Source of the DNA: Narcine bancroftii
Taxonomy: Eukaryota
Length of the DNA stretch: 64,000 nucleotides
Assembly: GCF_036971445.1 (NCBI RefSeq)
Contig: NC_091477.1
Coordinates: 108,190,001 to 108,254,000 of the forward strand
Direction: 5' to 3'
A program made the translations under genes and the position numbers. Numbering within the stretch: the stretch's first letter is position 1; each line of letters begins with the position of its first letter. Of this stretch, positions 40,253 through 52,844 are shown piece by piece. The notes beneath the pieces are model-generated. The model worked only from the letters and a program-made list of their open reading frames with translations. It ran no database searches and was not told where the DNA came from.

Positions 40253-41920
40253 ACTGAATACGTGACTAATTAAAAACAAAATACGGTTCTAATTAGTTCA
40301 TTTGTAACAAATAAATAATAAATCAATTTTAACATTTTGAAAATCTTTTTTTTTAAAACAAAGGACACGACAGAGTGGATCCTTTCTGATTGAATATATG
40401 ACCAAACAGAAAGTGGTATGTACTATTCAGGTCAATAAAGGAATGCTGCCAACTGGTACATTCCAGGCTGCATTGAGGCTTGGCACAGCCAATGTAAGGG
40501 TGCAGTGGGGAAGGACCAGAGTCTAGAGTCCTTCCTTACTGGCCATTAAGGGCCTGAGTCCAAGGGAAAGCCCCTCAAATAATAGAGGGGAGAATAATGG
40601 CAAGGTGCAACAGTGTTGGGAGAGCTACTAAATAGAAAATTAACCTCACAATGTACAGGGATGGAATAGTATGGATAGGACAATAAGGGTGCAAAGAGAC
40701 TTTGAACAGTTTTCCTTTATTAAATAATTGATTGTAAATAAAGCATTTCTAGTTAAAATAAAATCTGTGAGAGAGAAAACCTGGGTGGAAGCAAGGTTCC
40801 CTACTCTGAAATATTAATTTAAGAAAATTCTTGTGATATGTACCCACAGAAGTTTGTGATTCACTTGACTGTTAGGATATCCATAGTGCAATACATTTCT
40901 CTTGACTGCAAAGGGGAACAGCCAATATCAGTTTCAAATTTTTGTATCAAGTATTATAGCAACACACTGGTGGCACTTTACAAGCAGCATGAATAAATTG
41001 ACTTTATTCAGCTCCTTGCACAAACTCTATACAGAAGGATCATGGAGGCAAGTTTGAAACAAGTTTCTCCATTTCCACTCCAACGGCAACAATTATCTAC
41101 TTCCATTTTCAAGATATTGCCAATTTCTGCCATTGCATCTTCTATCTTTGCTGAAACCATTATCCATTCCTCTTAATACCTTATTATTCCATTGTTCACA
41201 TCTTCAGACTCTCATATTTTATCATTCAGATACTTGGTCCCTCCCAAAACAGGAAGCTGGCTAGATGAACCAGGTCAAAAAGCAAACTCCTGGAGGGATT
41301 CCACAGGTCCGGCAGGACCTATGAAGGGAAATGGCCAGTTAATATTTAAAGTTTAAGTGCTGGTTCAGGACTAACTATATCCCTTCAGAGATGCTGCCTG
41401 GCCCACTAAATTCCTCCAGACTTTTTCTCTACATTTCGGCATCTGCTGTCTTTTGTGTCTCCACCCTAACCAGATCCAAGTCTTAGCCTTGTAAGCACGG
41501 GCTTGGTAACCCAATTTTGTTTTCTCTCAGAAGCAGAAACCTGTCAATTCCAATTTCAGTTTTAAATCCTTCCACTGCGCCTCTGTCAGCTAAAGGAATC
41601 TGTAAAACCAATGCTGGGGAAACTCAGGGGCTCGGACAGTGTACTTTATGTAGCAAAGATAAAGTTACAAAGCTGGAAACAACTTTTGTATCTTTAATCT
41701 TTGCTACACTGACCGACCCACTGAGTTCTTCAGCATTATGTTGTTAACAAGGACTTGCCAGGGTGGGGGGGAGAGGGAAGAGACTCTCGCTCACTTCCGA
41801 AATTGGAGCCTTGAACCCGAGAGGGGGCAATCGCGTACCCCCCCCCCCTCACACCGCCCCGGGAAAGGACCAAAGGCGGCCTGAGTCAAGGCGGAAGCAT
41901 GTCCAACAACCCCGCCTTAC

Positions 41921-42040
41921 CTGTATCAAACCCCAGCGCTACCACAGCACGGTCACGCAAGAGGCAGGGCAAGCTATTCAAATATGGTCATCGTGATTGG
42001 CTGGCGATTCGTGTCGTCATGACGCCACCCTGCGTCGTGG
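41921..42040 (-). promoter_or_regulatory. putative promoter and non-coding exon 1 of PIGZ-B
   Basis: CpG-rich patch; minus-strand donor CAG|GTAAGG at 41921/41920; CCAAT at 41996-42000 on the minus strand. Confidence 0.55.
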
Positions 42041-42339
42041 TCACACCATGTTCAACTGGGAACAAGAACAACCACTGATAAAAATAGCTGGAATCCCCCC
42101 CCCACCCCCCACCAAGTTTATAAAGCCTGTACCAGGTCAGAATCCGAATTTATTGTCAAAACAGTGCAAGAAAAAAGAAAGTCAAAGTAAGCCTGGGACT
42201 GTGGCTCCTTGTTCATTCAGGAATCTGTGCTCCTCCTCAGGCTCCTGTGCCTTGATGGTAGCAGAGTGAAGAGGATATGGCTTGAGTGGTAGGAGTTCTT
42301 GAGGATAGAGGCTTCCAATATAAAGTCAGCTGGACAGGG

Positions 42340-43190
42340 TAATACCTGATAACTACAATTAATTGGTCTCTGCTACATCAGAGAGGCGGGACGCAGATTG
42401 GGAGATCGCTTCATTGAGCTCCTCGGCTCTGTCCAATGCAATAGCATGGATCTCGCAGTGGCCAACCCATTTCAGTTCTCCATACCATTCCCTTGCTGAC
42501 ATGTCTACCCATGTTCTTGTGCACTGCCAGACTGAGACCACCCATAATTTGGAGGAACAACACCTCATCTTCTGACTGGGCACCCTCCAACCAGATGGCA
42601 TTAATATCGACTTCTCAGGCTTTTGTTAAAAAATCCCCCCCCCTCTCCCCCCCCCCCCATCTCTCCATTCCCTGTTCTCCTTTGGACAGACATGACAAAT
42701 TCTACCTAGTCTCTTATCATATCTGATTAACACCTTTTGTTGCTTTGAATTCCTCCCCCATTGTTTGAATTCTGATATATCCTGCCTCTACCTTTTCCTT
42801 GAAGAGCTCAGGCCAGAAATGTCAGCAAGATATCTTTGTCTCCATTAGATACTGAAAAGATCAGCTGAATTCCTCTAGCATTTTGGTGTGTTTACTACAA
42901 TCACAACATCTGCAGCCTATCGTGTTTCACTCCCTTTTCTCTTTGTCTACTTTCACAGAGCCAAAATCAATTCTCACTTTTCCTCTTATTAATAGGTCTG
43001 AACTCCTCCCCCTTAGGTCTGAACTCCTCCCCCTTCCATTCTTCCCCCTTAATCTTTCATCCATAATTAAGATACCTGCCTGATTTTTGTTTCTACCTTG
43101 AAGAAAGACTCAGGCTGAATCAGTGGTAATATACCTTTACCACCTATGATCACTATGACGCAGGCTGAGTTCCTCTAGTATTTACTGTGT
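42340..43190 (+). mobile_element. Penelope-like GIY-YIG remnants
   Basis: ctacatcagagaggcgggacgcagattgggagatcgcttc (YI.E..RRLGDRF) and ggaggaacaacacctcatctt motifs. Confidence 0.6.
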
Positions 43191-44514
43191 TTTGATATTG
43201 CCTCACCAATATCTTGTACAACTTCAACATGATGTCCCAACACTTGTATTCAAAGCCCTGACTGATGAAGACAAGCATCCAAACTTTTCTCTTCCCTACT
43301 CTGTCTACCATGCCAGCTATTTTTAAAGCGCTAAGTACCTGCACCCGTAGTTTCTTCTGCTCTGTAACACTCTTCAGTCACTGCCATTAATAGAGTAAGC
43401 CTTGTGGTGGTTCAATTTACATTCACTGAGCTAAACTATAGCATCTTTCTACCAATCTATTCACTTTTTGTCATCAGAATGCATGGGTTAGTTGTGACTT
43501 CTTTTGGATTTGTGATTATAGATATTTCCTATATGAATAAATTTTGTGAAAAACAAGTTGATGATGATATTTACTGTTTAGTACAAATGGTTTAATTTTC
43601 TTGTTATAAAGGAGTGAATGGATTTGTTCAGGGTACACTTGCTAAAGCCCAAGATATTTTTCATCATTATCTTTTGCTATTTCAATACTTTTTGTTCTTT
43701 ATTTCATTTTTGCACTCATCTGCTGCAGATGTTCAGCTGTGATCTTCTCTCAAAGATAATCACTGTGTATTAAACTTCTAAAACCACATTGCTGTTGTGC
43801 TTTAAAAGAGTAAAAGTCCTGGAATTTCCATTCCAAAAAAAAAATCTTCACATTCCTGAAGAAATACTCCATATTATTTCAGGCAGCTTCATATGCAATG
43901 GGGTAAACAGTTCTAAATTTCTATTGTTGGTCATTCTGATCAATTTCTAAACAATTCCTCTGATAGCTCAATCATTAAATCAACAAAAATAAATTAAACT
44001 AATACATTTAATCATTTTTAATAGGACTAATGTTGTCCACATTGTTTTAATTTAATTAAAAATCAATTCAAAAGCATGAGTGACTGTGAATTCCTCAGCC
44101 ACTGGAAATCCCACCATTAACCTCCACCTCCCTACCTTATTTTTCTCTCGAGACCCTTTTTAAAACCTGCCTCTTACACACAGCCTTTGGTCACCCATAC
44201 TAATCCTAATACATGTATACCCAAAATTACGAAAAATTAGTTTTTCTGAAGAAAGCCATGTTCACTTTTACAGAAGGATTTTAATGGACTTTTACGAAAA
44301 TAGCCTTTAATAGTAGTGAATGGGTCTTTGCTTGACGCTCTAGTTTCATAAAGTGCGGTATATCTGTATCTGCATATATGATGTCAAGATTTATTTGATA
44401 ATATTACTGTACAAGGAAATTTTAGAATGTTAGATGTTCAAGATAAACAGTGTTCCTGGAAGCAGATGATCTAACCTCCTCATTTATGAAACAATTATTT
44501 ATAGAAGATTCTTT

Positions 44515-44710
44515 GTAAAGGTAAAGTTTCCATTATTGTCACGAAATGATACTACATTTAGTCTACCATAAGGAAGACAAAGTTGCCACTTTGTCATAGA
44601 GACCTACAGCACCTGGTGTTCCAAGGAGGTCTCCCCTCCAAGTACTGACCAGGCCTGAGCCTGCTTAGCTTCTGAGATCAGATAGTCTCAGGTGTATTCA
44701 GGCTATTAGT
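44515..44710 (-). mobile_element. 5S rRNA-derived SINE-like retrocopy (5S head 44710-44600 plus LINE-like tail)
   Basis: Minus strand reads ...ctgatctcagaagctaagcaggctcaggcctggtcagtacttggaggggagacctccttggaacaccaggtgctgtagg, a diverged 5S; followed by gacaaagtgg...gtgacaataatggaaactttacctttac. Confidence 0.8.
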
Positions 44711-45139
44711 TGGTGATAATCAATTTCACATTTTAGTATGTCATCCAATCCAGAATTTGAATTGTTTAGCATTGGAAAAGCTGGCTGGCTCATTTTCAGA
44801 ATGTAACTTTAAATATATATATATATTTCTACTCAAAGGGCAAATACATAAATTTGAAATAAAAAGTTACAAGTAAATGAGATTGATACGATTCAGCAAT
44901 TATTATTTTAAAAGCTGCAACAAATGTCTGAATGAGTGTGAATAACCACGTAATTCTTAAATTTGGCATTTCCAATAATCTCAATTTTATGGAAAAATAT
45001 ATTTTACCAAATATTGTACTGCCTTAAGTAGTGATTTCCATATCATTAAATAGTGATTATCATTGGGTCAAATAGAGGTCATTTAAGCCAGGAACTGCTG
45101 TCCTTACCCTGCTGGGGCCTCATTTCTGTGAGGGGCGCT

Positions 45140-45256
45140 GGACAAAGTGGTGACTCTCTGTCTTCCTGACAGGAGGCAAAGTTAAAGAATTTCATGTATG
45201 TTACATTCTAAGTGTATTATTACGTGACAATAATGGAACCTTTACCTTTACCTTTC
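45140..45256 (+). mobile_element. second copy of the same retroposon 3' tail, without 5S head
   Basis: gacaaagtggtgactctctgtcttcct...cgtgacaataatggaacctttacctttaccttt. Confidence 0.65.
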
Positions 45257-48200
45257 CAGTCTTGATTCATACCAAGGTGTTCAACCTTTAACTAGCCCCT
45301 GTAAAGGTCTGGCCACTGAGTTTTTATTTGGATTATTACCATGAAGTATTAAATGATAGCTTTGCTGATGCCATCCACCTCCTATTAATGCAAAATAAAA
45401 TTTAGAATGTATTAATATCTGGCATATTTAATTCCATTTGCATTATTTTCCTGGATCAGACATTACAAAATAAAATGAGAGGTACTTCTTGATAAACATG
45501 GAATCAAATTAAGAGAAGACCATACAGATCTTCACTACCTGTTGCTTCCCTCTGCCTGTCTTGAGAATATGCCATGAAAACATTATTTCAGTTAAATGTA
45601 GATAGAGGCATAAAGCAATAAAGAACAAAGGGAGTTTAAAAAAGATAAGATTTGCCTTTTATATTGTTTGAGTTTTTGTCATTATTTGAATATGTATAAA
45701 GCTACACTGAGATGCTAGTCTAAAATAAGAGTTTCTTCTCTATTAGTTTAATTATATTAGTGTATTCCAATTATTTAAAAAAATAAACTACCCCTCCATC
45801 ACAGATATTAATTATATCCTAATTCATCAGCCTTAAATTTTCTTTTGGGTAAATCTTCTGTATGTTATTTGATGTGAGATGTGATCCCTTTTGTATCATA
45901 TTCATCTTTTCAGATGACCTTAGTCCGATGACTCTAATTTTCCTTATTCGGTCAAAAGGTCTGACCATGAAGTATAAATTCACTTGTACTCGCAACAGTA
46001 TTCCTCATTTTTAAATATTGAGAGAACTTGTCTTTGGTTTATGCTGCGAGATTGTACTGAAAATTTGTGTTTTCAAAGTAATGAGGTCCAAAGTCAAACA
46101 GTAAAATTCTAAGCAGTGTACTTACAAAAGGATTGATACCAGTGTTTAAAATGATTTTTTTTCATGAGTTTCGTCATTATTTAGAAACATATAAAGTGAC
46201 ATAATTAGCAAAAATAAAAGCAAAAGATTTATGAATTTTAAATTGAAGCCCATCTCATCTAATATAATTGGGATTAAAATAAATTACCAGTGTTTTCAAT
46301 GCTTATCACTTTGTCTTTAAATAGCATTATTATTAAACTTGTAGGTGCACAATAACTTCTGTTCATTATGACATCGTATCAATCTTGATTTAATTGCTTG
46401 GTGCACAGCCAGTTGCTGCAAAAACAAAAGCCCCATTCTTTCTGTAGCCAAAGCTGTTGAAGCATCAGAGAAGCTATCCTTGACTTCCTTAATCATATAT
46501 TCCATAAAATAAAATGCCTGTCTAGTAAGTCACATGAAGCATATTCTAAAAAGCTGAATCTCCTGCTTATACTCTTTCTAATCTTTCCTGAGTTTCGTTC
46601 TTAGTCAAGAGAAGCGAGGCTGTCCCTTTTAACTTTGATTGATCAATCACACATGTCTTTCCTGTATGGCTGACTTTCCCTCCCAACCTAGATGATAAGG
46701 TTGAGAATAGACAAGTCAAAGATCTAAAAGCAGATTTCCAAATATGCTAGCAAAATTCCTGTGTGCGAGCTTCAATTTGTATAAATGTACTTCTAAAATC
46801 TGTATTATACATATTATCCAGTTTAAAAAATCATTATGAAACAAGTTGCAATGAAATAAATGTGGATCAAAAACACTTTTTAATGATAATGAAATGATTT
46901 TATTGTTATGTTCAGTACATTGTTCAATGTACATATGCACCAATATTCTTGCTGCAGCTGAACAGATACTTTGTAATGAAAAAACCTACAATATTATACA
47001 TTAAATTAAATTTTAAAATACAATAAATGTATTAGATAATAAATAAAGTTACCATAGTGTAAGGAAAAAAAATGGCATTACAACATTGCAAACAGGCCAT
47101 TTTGTAATGTCAGATCAATTCATGATTAGTATAGCAAGGGGAAATTCAACAACCATGAGCTACAATTCACAGTACAATAAATAATGCAAATTTTAAATTG
47201 TGATGAATGCCTTAGGAAAAAAATACATTGCAAATTCACAGACACAGATTATAAAAATGTGTGAAATTAATACAGGCATACTGGGCCTGATACCATCACA
47301 GGAATAAGCATCTTCCAACAGTTAATGTTGACCACTTCACATCAAGGAAACACCTGGGTTTACCATCCAGATTAATTCCTAAGAGATCATTTGTTATCCT
47401 GAGTATTTTAGATTTACCCTCTGGCTTCCTATCAGGATTCACGCACAAAACACAATCAATTAAACTTTAAAATAACATTTTGCTTGGCAATTGAACTCAA
47501 TTTTGATTTACAAAAACACATTTGTATTTCTTACCGAAAAAATAACTTATTGTGGAACCTAGCAACATGATGCGTGGTCTTTATCCAAAATGTTGACAAT
47601 TCTTCTTTTTCACTGATGTTGCATGATCTGTTGAGTTCCTCCAGCAGTTTGTTTTCTTTATCTATATTATACCATATGCAGTGTCTTGTATCTGCGTTTA
47701 GAGTTAATGCCAACTGTGCAAAAAAAATCGACTAACTTGCCCACAATCCTGCTCGAAACTTCATTAATGGGGGTTCCTTCCCGATGCATGTGCTAAGATG
47801 AGAACCTGTTCAATTCCTAACAGGATTCACCCAAACGTGTGAATCTCCTCACATCTTGCAGTCTTTAGGGATGTACATGAATCCTTAAACCAACACTCTA
47901 TAAAGCCACTACACAGTAGCAATATATACTTTGAATGTTATGGAGGAACCAGAGGCTATATGGAAGGGGAATATAGCTCCCTTAGTCAATGAAAGGGACA
48001 AGCTGGTTCAGATCAATGAAGTGTATGTAAGAGGGAAAGGTCTAGTACTTCTTGGGAAGGTGGAGTGTAGTGGGGAGGGGGTATATGATGGAAGAGAAGA
48101 CCATCTGTACCTATCATAAGAAGAAAAAAAAATTACATGTGGTAAATTTGAAACAAAATCAGAAAATGGTAGAGATACTCAACAGATCATATAGTATCTT

Positions 48201-51200
48201 TTAAAAAAGAAAAATATAATTTCTTGGGTCCATGATCTTTCATCAATTCCTTTGAAAGATCATTAGCGTAGTGGCTGAACCTGCTGTGTAATGCTGAACC
48301 TGACCCTGACTGTAATGAGTTTGCGTATTCCCCCCAAGTCTGTGTGGATTTCCTCAGAGTGCTCTGGTTTTGACCCAACCTTCAAAAAAAATGTCTGGGT
48401 TTGGAGGTCATTTGGGTGTAACTGAGCCCATGCTTTCTGGATCTCTCCATCTCAGGAGACAGACGTCACTTCATCTTGAATAACCCGCCAACACCCACAG
48501 CTACCTTGATGGTACCTCCTCCAATCCTACCTCATGTAAGGATGCCATACCTTCTTCCTGATCTCTCTTTCTTTGTCCCATCTATTTACAAAATGAAGCC
48601 TTCTGCTTTAGAGCTCCTGGAATATTTGTTTTCCTGAAGCATGATTTCCACTCTTCCAGAGTTGATGGAGCTCTTGTACCTACTTATTCCAGTTCCTACG
48701 TCTACTGTGGACCCAACACCCCTCCCAGGCAGAAAATTATGTATTCCATTTGGAATTGTAGATTGAATTTTCCTTTTAAAGTAATAGGCACGCTCCTCCC
48801 ACAAACAATCTCCTGTCCACCTAGTTGTCTTCTCCTTGATGAATGGCTCAGGCCCAAAATGTTGGTTATGCATTGCTACATAAAGTACACTGTTTGATCT
48901 GAGTTTCTCCAGCTTTGTGATTTTACTTCAATCACAGCTTCTGCCGACTTGAATGTTTTATTAGTCTTCCTCTCCCTTTCATCTCTTCTCTCCATTGGTT
49001 CCATCTGTCAGTTTCTCATCTTTATCTCACCCAACTTTTGTACTGCTATATAGTGGTAAGTTTTCTTGTTTCTCTCTCTTCTGATGTGGGCTCTTGACTT
49101 GACACCTAAGGCAACAAGGAAAGTTAATGAAAAAAGTAAAAGGCCGTCTGATCCAAGGAAATGTGGTAAGCTGGATCCAAAAAAATCAACTCTAAATGCA
49201 AGCAAAGTCTAATTGTCGATGGGTTTCATTTAAACTGGAAGTATGTTAACAGTGGGATTCCATAGGACTCGGTGGTTGAAATTGGTGCTTGTGATAGATT
49301 GGATATAACATTGGACGAGACAGTTAGGACAAAATTAGTCCTAATTGAATAGTTTGGAGTAGGTGCTTAATTGCGCAGAGGGGGTGACACCAAAATGACT
49401 GTCTACAAAATTTTTGTGCAGTGTTTCAGCAGAAATTTATTATTTTTTGTAAAAAATATCCCTGTAGTTATAACAACAAAAACATTTTTTGTAAGACCAT
49501 CTTACATGAATCAATATACTCTATACTAATTTACTTTTTGACCTTCTAATGCACTCCGGTCAGAGCTCTCATTGTTACCCAATTACAATGTTGCTTGGAA
49601 TCACGTGATTTCGTCTGCATGCGCTACAAGCATGCGCTGTTGTTTTCATTGCTGCTGGTGTTTTTCTAGTTGCTGCTTTTGTCAAAGGTTCTCGTGTTTT
49701 GGCTACAATATTGTGGCAATTAGTACTTGAGAACCCAACGTATCTCAATAATCTTTTTGAGAATAAAGTAGTAATTAAAGGAAAAGGAGAAAAATCAAAA
49801 CAGTCATTAATAATGTTGTACCTGTTGATGTTATAATTTAATACAGAAAGGTTTTACAAAGCAGTGCATATTATATTGTAATTTAAAGGTGTAATTCCAA
49901 TTTTGCTCCCTGTTTATCTCTCTATTACATTCAATGATGGACGTGAACTATGATTTTTGAGTAATCTTTGTACCAAAAAATGACTAAGGTTTGGTCTGGG
50001 AATCAGCGCAGTTCTTCGTGCGATGCTGTTCCCAATCGCACACCAAGTTCCAGAGTTATGAAGGACTCATGATATTGTTGCAAGACAGGTGACTTCGGGG
50101 GAACTGACAGTGGTACTCCCATGTTAAATACATACAATGCTTGCCGTAAAGGTACAGAGAGGCGCCCCTCATTAAGAGAAAGAAAAGCAAAAGAGAGTCC
50201 CTTCAGAGACAATAAAGTGTCCATGGATTAACCTGCTGTGCTCATGTAACCTCTATAGCCTCCTGGCTATTCCAGCATGAGTGTTGTAGCTTCAAATCCT
50301 TCCCTCGATTAGATCACGACGTTTAAAAGCATCACATCGGCAAGTTCTTAATGAAGGCAAGTAGTATGCTATTCCAATTCACTTTGGCAGGTCCAGATCA
50401 AGTTGGTTTATGGGAGGAGAGATCTTTTAGGCATTTTCAATACCCGCTCAACCTTTAAAGTATTGGAGAAACGAAGTCAAATGATTGAGTGGTCATCTTA
50501 TTTTCTGTAAACTTTGTTGTGGCGACTGGTTAATTTGGAACATCAGTGGTTTCAGCCCCTCCCTACATTCATACCACCTTAAATAATCCCTGACTAACGT
50601 GAGAGCGCCGATACTTAGCCAGGGGTGACTTAAGATGGTATGGGAGTGGGAAGGTTGAGAAGCGACATCATTTTAAAAAAAACCTTTTGCTTTTCAAACA
50701 TCTGCACAGTATTTTAGAAATATGAGGACATAAGATGGCACAGCATTAACAAGCTGTCTCTGGGCGTGACCAGTCAGTATCACCCAGAAAAGTCAATAGA
50801 CCAGTCAGTATCACCCAGAAAAGTCAATAGAAAACTTGGTTTTCCAACCTAAAAGGCGTGTTGGGGAAAGGCGAGAATCCAGGGAAAGGGGGCTTTTCCA
50901 TATTGATATTCAATAGGTAAAGCACTAATGTTTTAACTTTCTCAGAGTTGCATGAAAAAATGAATGTTAAATAATACATATTTTTGCTACGTTTAAACAT
51001 TCTGTATGTATTATTAGTTTTGTATAATGTACACATTGTTCGACAAGATCTGGATATATTTCTTGGGGTGGTACACGCGGCAACCTTTGAAATGAATTAA
51101 GGAGGGTCCCTTTAAAAATAACATCAGTGAAACACAGTGTATCAGAATGGGAAAGACGCGGGAGGTCGGCGAGCGCAGCAACATTGAGTTGAATGTCTCC

Positions 51201-51365
51201 GTTTTGTATCCAGTTCGATCTTGAAACAGCGAAGCTTTGGCGTGAGTTGAAGATCCAGCCTTTCCTGGAGCGTCTGCGAAAGCTCGGAGGACCTATTTGC
51301 ATCTGAAGCTGATTTGGGGAAAGTCCGAATCTTAACTGCGACCCTTCGTACAATCATTAACCAGA

Positions 51366-51391
51366 CCAATATCGAACCGGGGCGATATAAG
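51366..51391 (+). promoter_or_regulatory. candidate MELTF core promoter
   Basis: CCAAT (51366), GGGGCG and TATAAG (51386) ~50 nt upstream of the ATG, within a CpG-rich patch. Confidence 0.4.
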
Positions 51392-51438
51392 CGAGCTGAA
51401 GGAATTAAGGTGGGATCGTTCTGAACCTCGATCGGACC

Positions 51439-51493
51439 ATGCCGGCGTCGGCTGGATGGGTTGTGTGGATTTTTGTCGGCTTCTTCAGTTTGG
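51439..51493 (+). CDS. MELTF: MELTF (melanotransferrin) exon 1, signal peptide
   Basis: accATG; MPASAGWVVWIFVGFFSL + G|gtaagt (phase 1); lies in a CpG-rich patch; phase matches exon 2. Confidence 0.75.
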
Positions 51494-51929
51494 GTAAGTA
51501 CAATAAAGTCTTTCACTTCTGGCCAAACTCAAGGTTGTAACGTGAGGCTAAAAGGCTGCGAGTAAAGTCAATGCTCAATGTGTTCGGACACGACAAATGT
51601 CGAGAGATTGAAGGGAGGGGTTTAAAAATAACCGGGACACATTGTTTTTCTGCATTAAAGATGTAGCAAAACGCATTAAAACGTATTCTCGAATATTTAT
51701 TTTGGTTTGAAACTATTTGGGATTTGTATTACTGAATGGCCTTTTGGACTTTAATATGACCATAGTTAATCTTAATTGCAGTTTATCTCGCATCTTCAAG
51801 ACTAACATTAGAGTAAATTCAGATTTCAATTCAAAGGATCAAATCAAAACTCTAAGTCTGCCTAATTCGAAAAAATATGGAAAGCCTCTACTCACTTACT
51901 ACAAACCTTGACACATCCAGTCACTCATT

Positions 51930-52396
51930 ACTGGTGTGACCCACACAGATGCAAACATTCATATTATGTGCCGTCTTATAACAATAATCTATATTTTAAA
52001 AAAAAAGTAGTGCATGAAAAGTAAGGCAGTGTCTTCGGTTCAATGATCATTCAGGAATCTGATGGCAGCAGGGAAGAAACTGTCTTTGTGCCACTGACCG
52101 CTTGTCTTTAGGCTCCTGTACCTTTTTACCAATGGTATCAGTGTGAAGAGGGCATGACCTGGGTTGTGGGGGTCTTTGAGGCTAAAGGCTGTTTTTTTTT
52201 TAAAGCCACCGCCTCATATAGATGTCCTCGAAGGAGTGAAGTCTGGTGCCTGTGATGTCGCAGGCCGAGTTAAAAACCCTCTGGAGTATTTTCTTGTTCT
52301 GAGAGTTGGCACCTCCATACTAGACAGTGATGCAACCAGCAGAATGCTCTCCACAGTACACCTGTAGAAGTTTTCAAGAGTCTTCAGTGACATACC
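51930..52396 (-). mobile_element. Rex1/Babar-like 3' fragment
   Basis: MSLKTLENFYRCTVESIL. Confidence 0.65.
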
Positions 52397-52844
52397 AGAA
52401 GCAGGAGGGACTCTGCAGGTCATGGAGAGAAATGGAATGTAGTCTCAAAAAAGTGCCCCAACCCAAAATATTTGTGACCCATTTCTCTCCATGGATACTG
52501 CATGACCTGCTGAGTCTCTCTAGCTTCTCATTGTTGGGCTAATGTTGTGGTGTTTGAAACCGCATGCAAAGAAAAATCTGTCATGTATGTACTCTGACAA
52601 TAAATCTGAGCCTTTGTGTTTCATCCAGACTGATACTTGCAACCCACTCCTCTAACAAAAGCAACAACAATGTTGTGAATGTTGCAGAATGAACTTAGAC
52701 ACATTCTGCTTGTAAGCTGATCGACCATTAAAATCTTATCATTCGATTAAAGCAGAATCTAACCCTGTCACTTAGATCAGCCATTCACAATGGGGACCAA
52801 AACACATTTAAGTAAAAGCCTTGTTTTCTTTTCATGTGTAGGGT

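Noticed and set aside
44600-44710. Functional 5S rRNA gene
   Set aside because: The 5' end is degraded, there are many substitutions and no T-run terminator, it is a single copy, and it is fused to a retroposon tail.
49376-49900. Possible hAT-type non-autonomous element with E-box/NRF1-like motifs
   Set aside because: No matching TIR pair or TSD could be identified, so it is not supported.
50768-50831. 31-bp tandem duplication (similar small ones near 16675, 22348 and 42993)
   Set aside because: Ordinary slippage duplications with no functional signal.
50967-51516. 124- and 128-aa minus-strand ORFs as a novel gene
   Set aside because: Non-ATG starts and no recognisable domain; the CpG richness is explained by the MELTF promoter and exon 1 on the plus strand.
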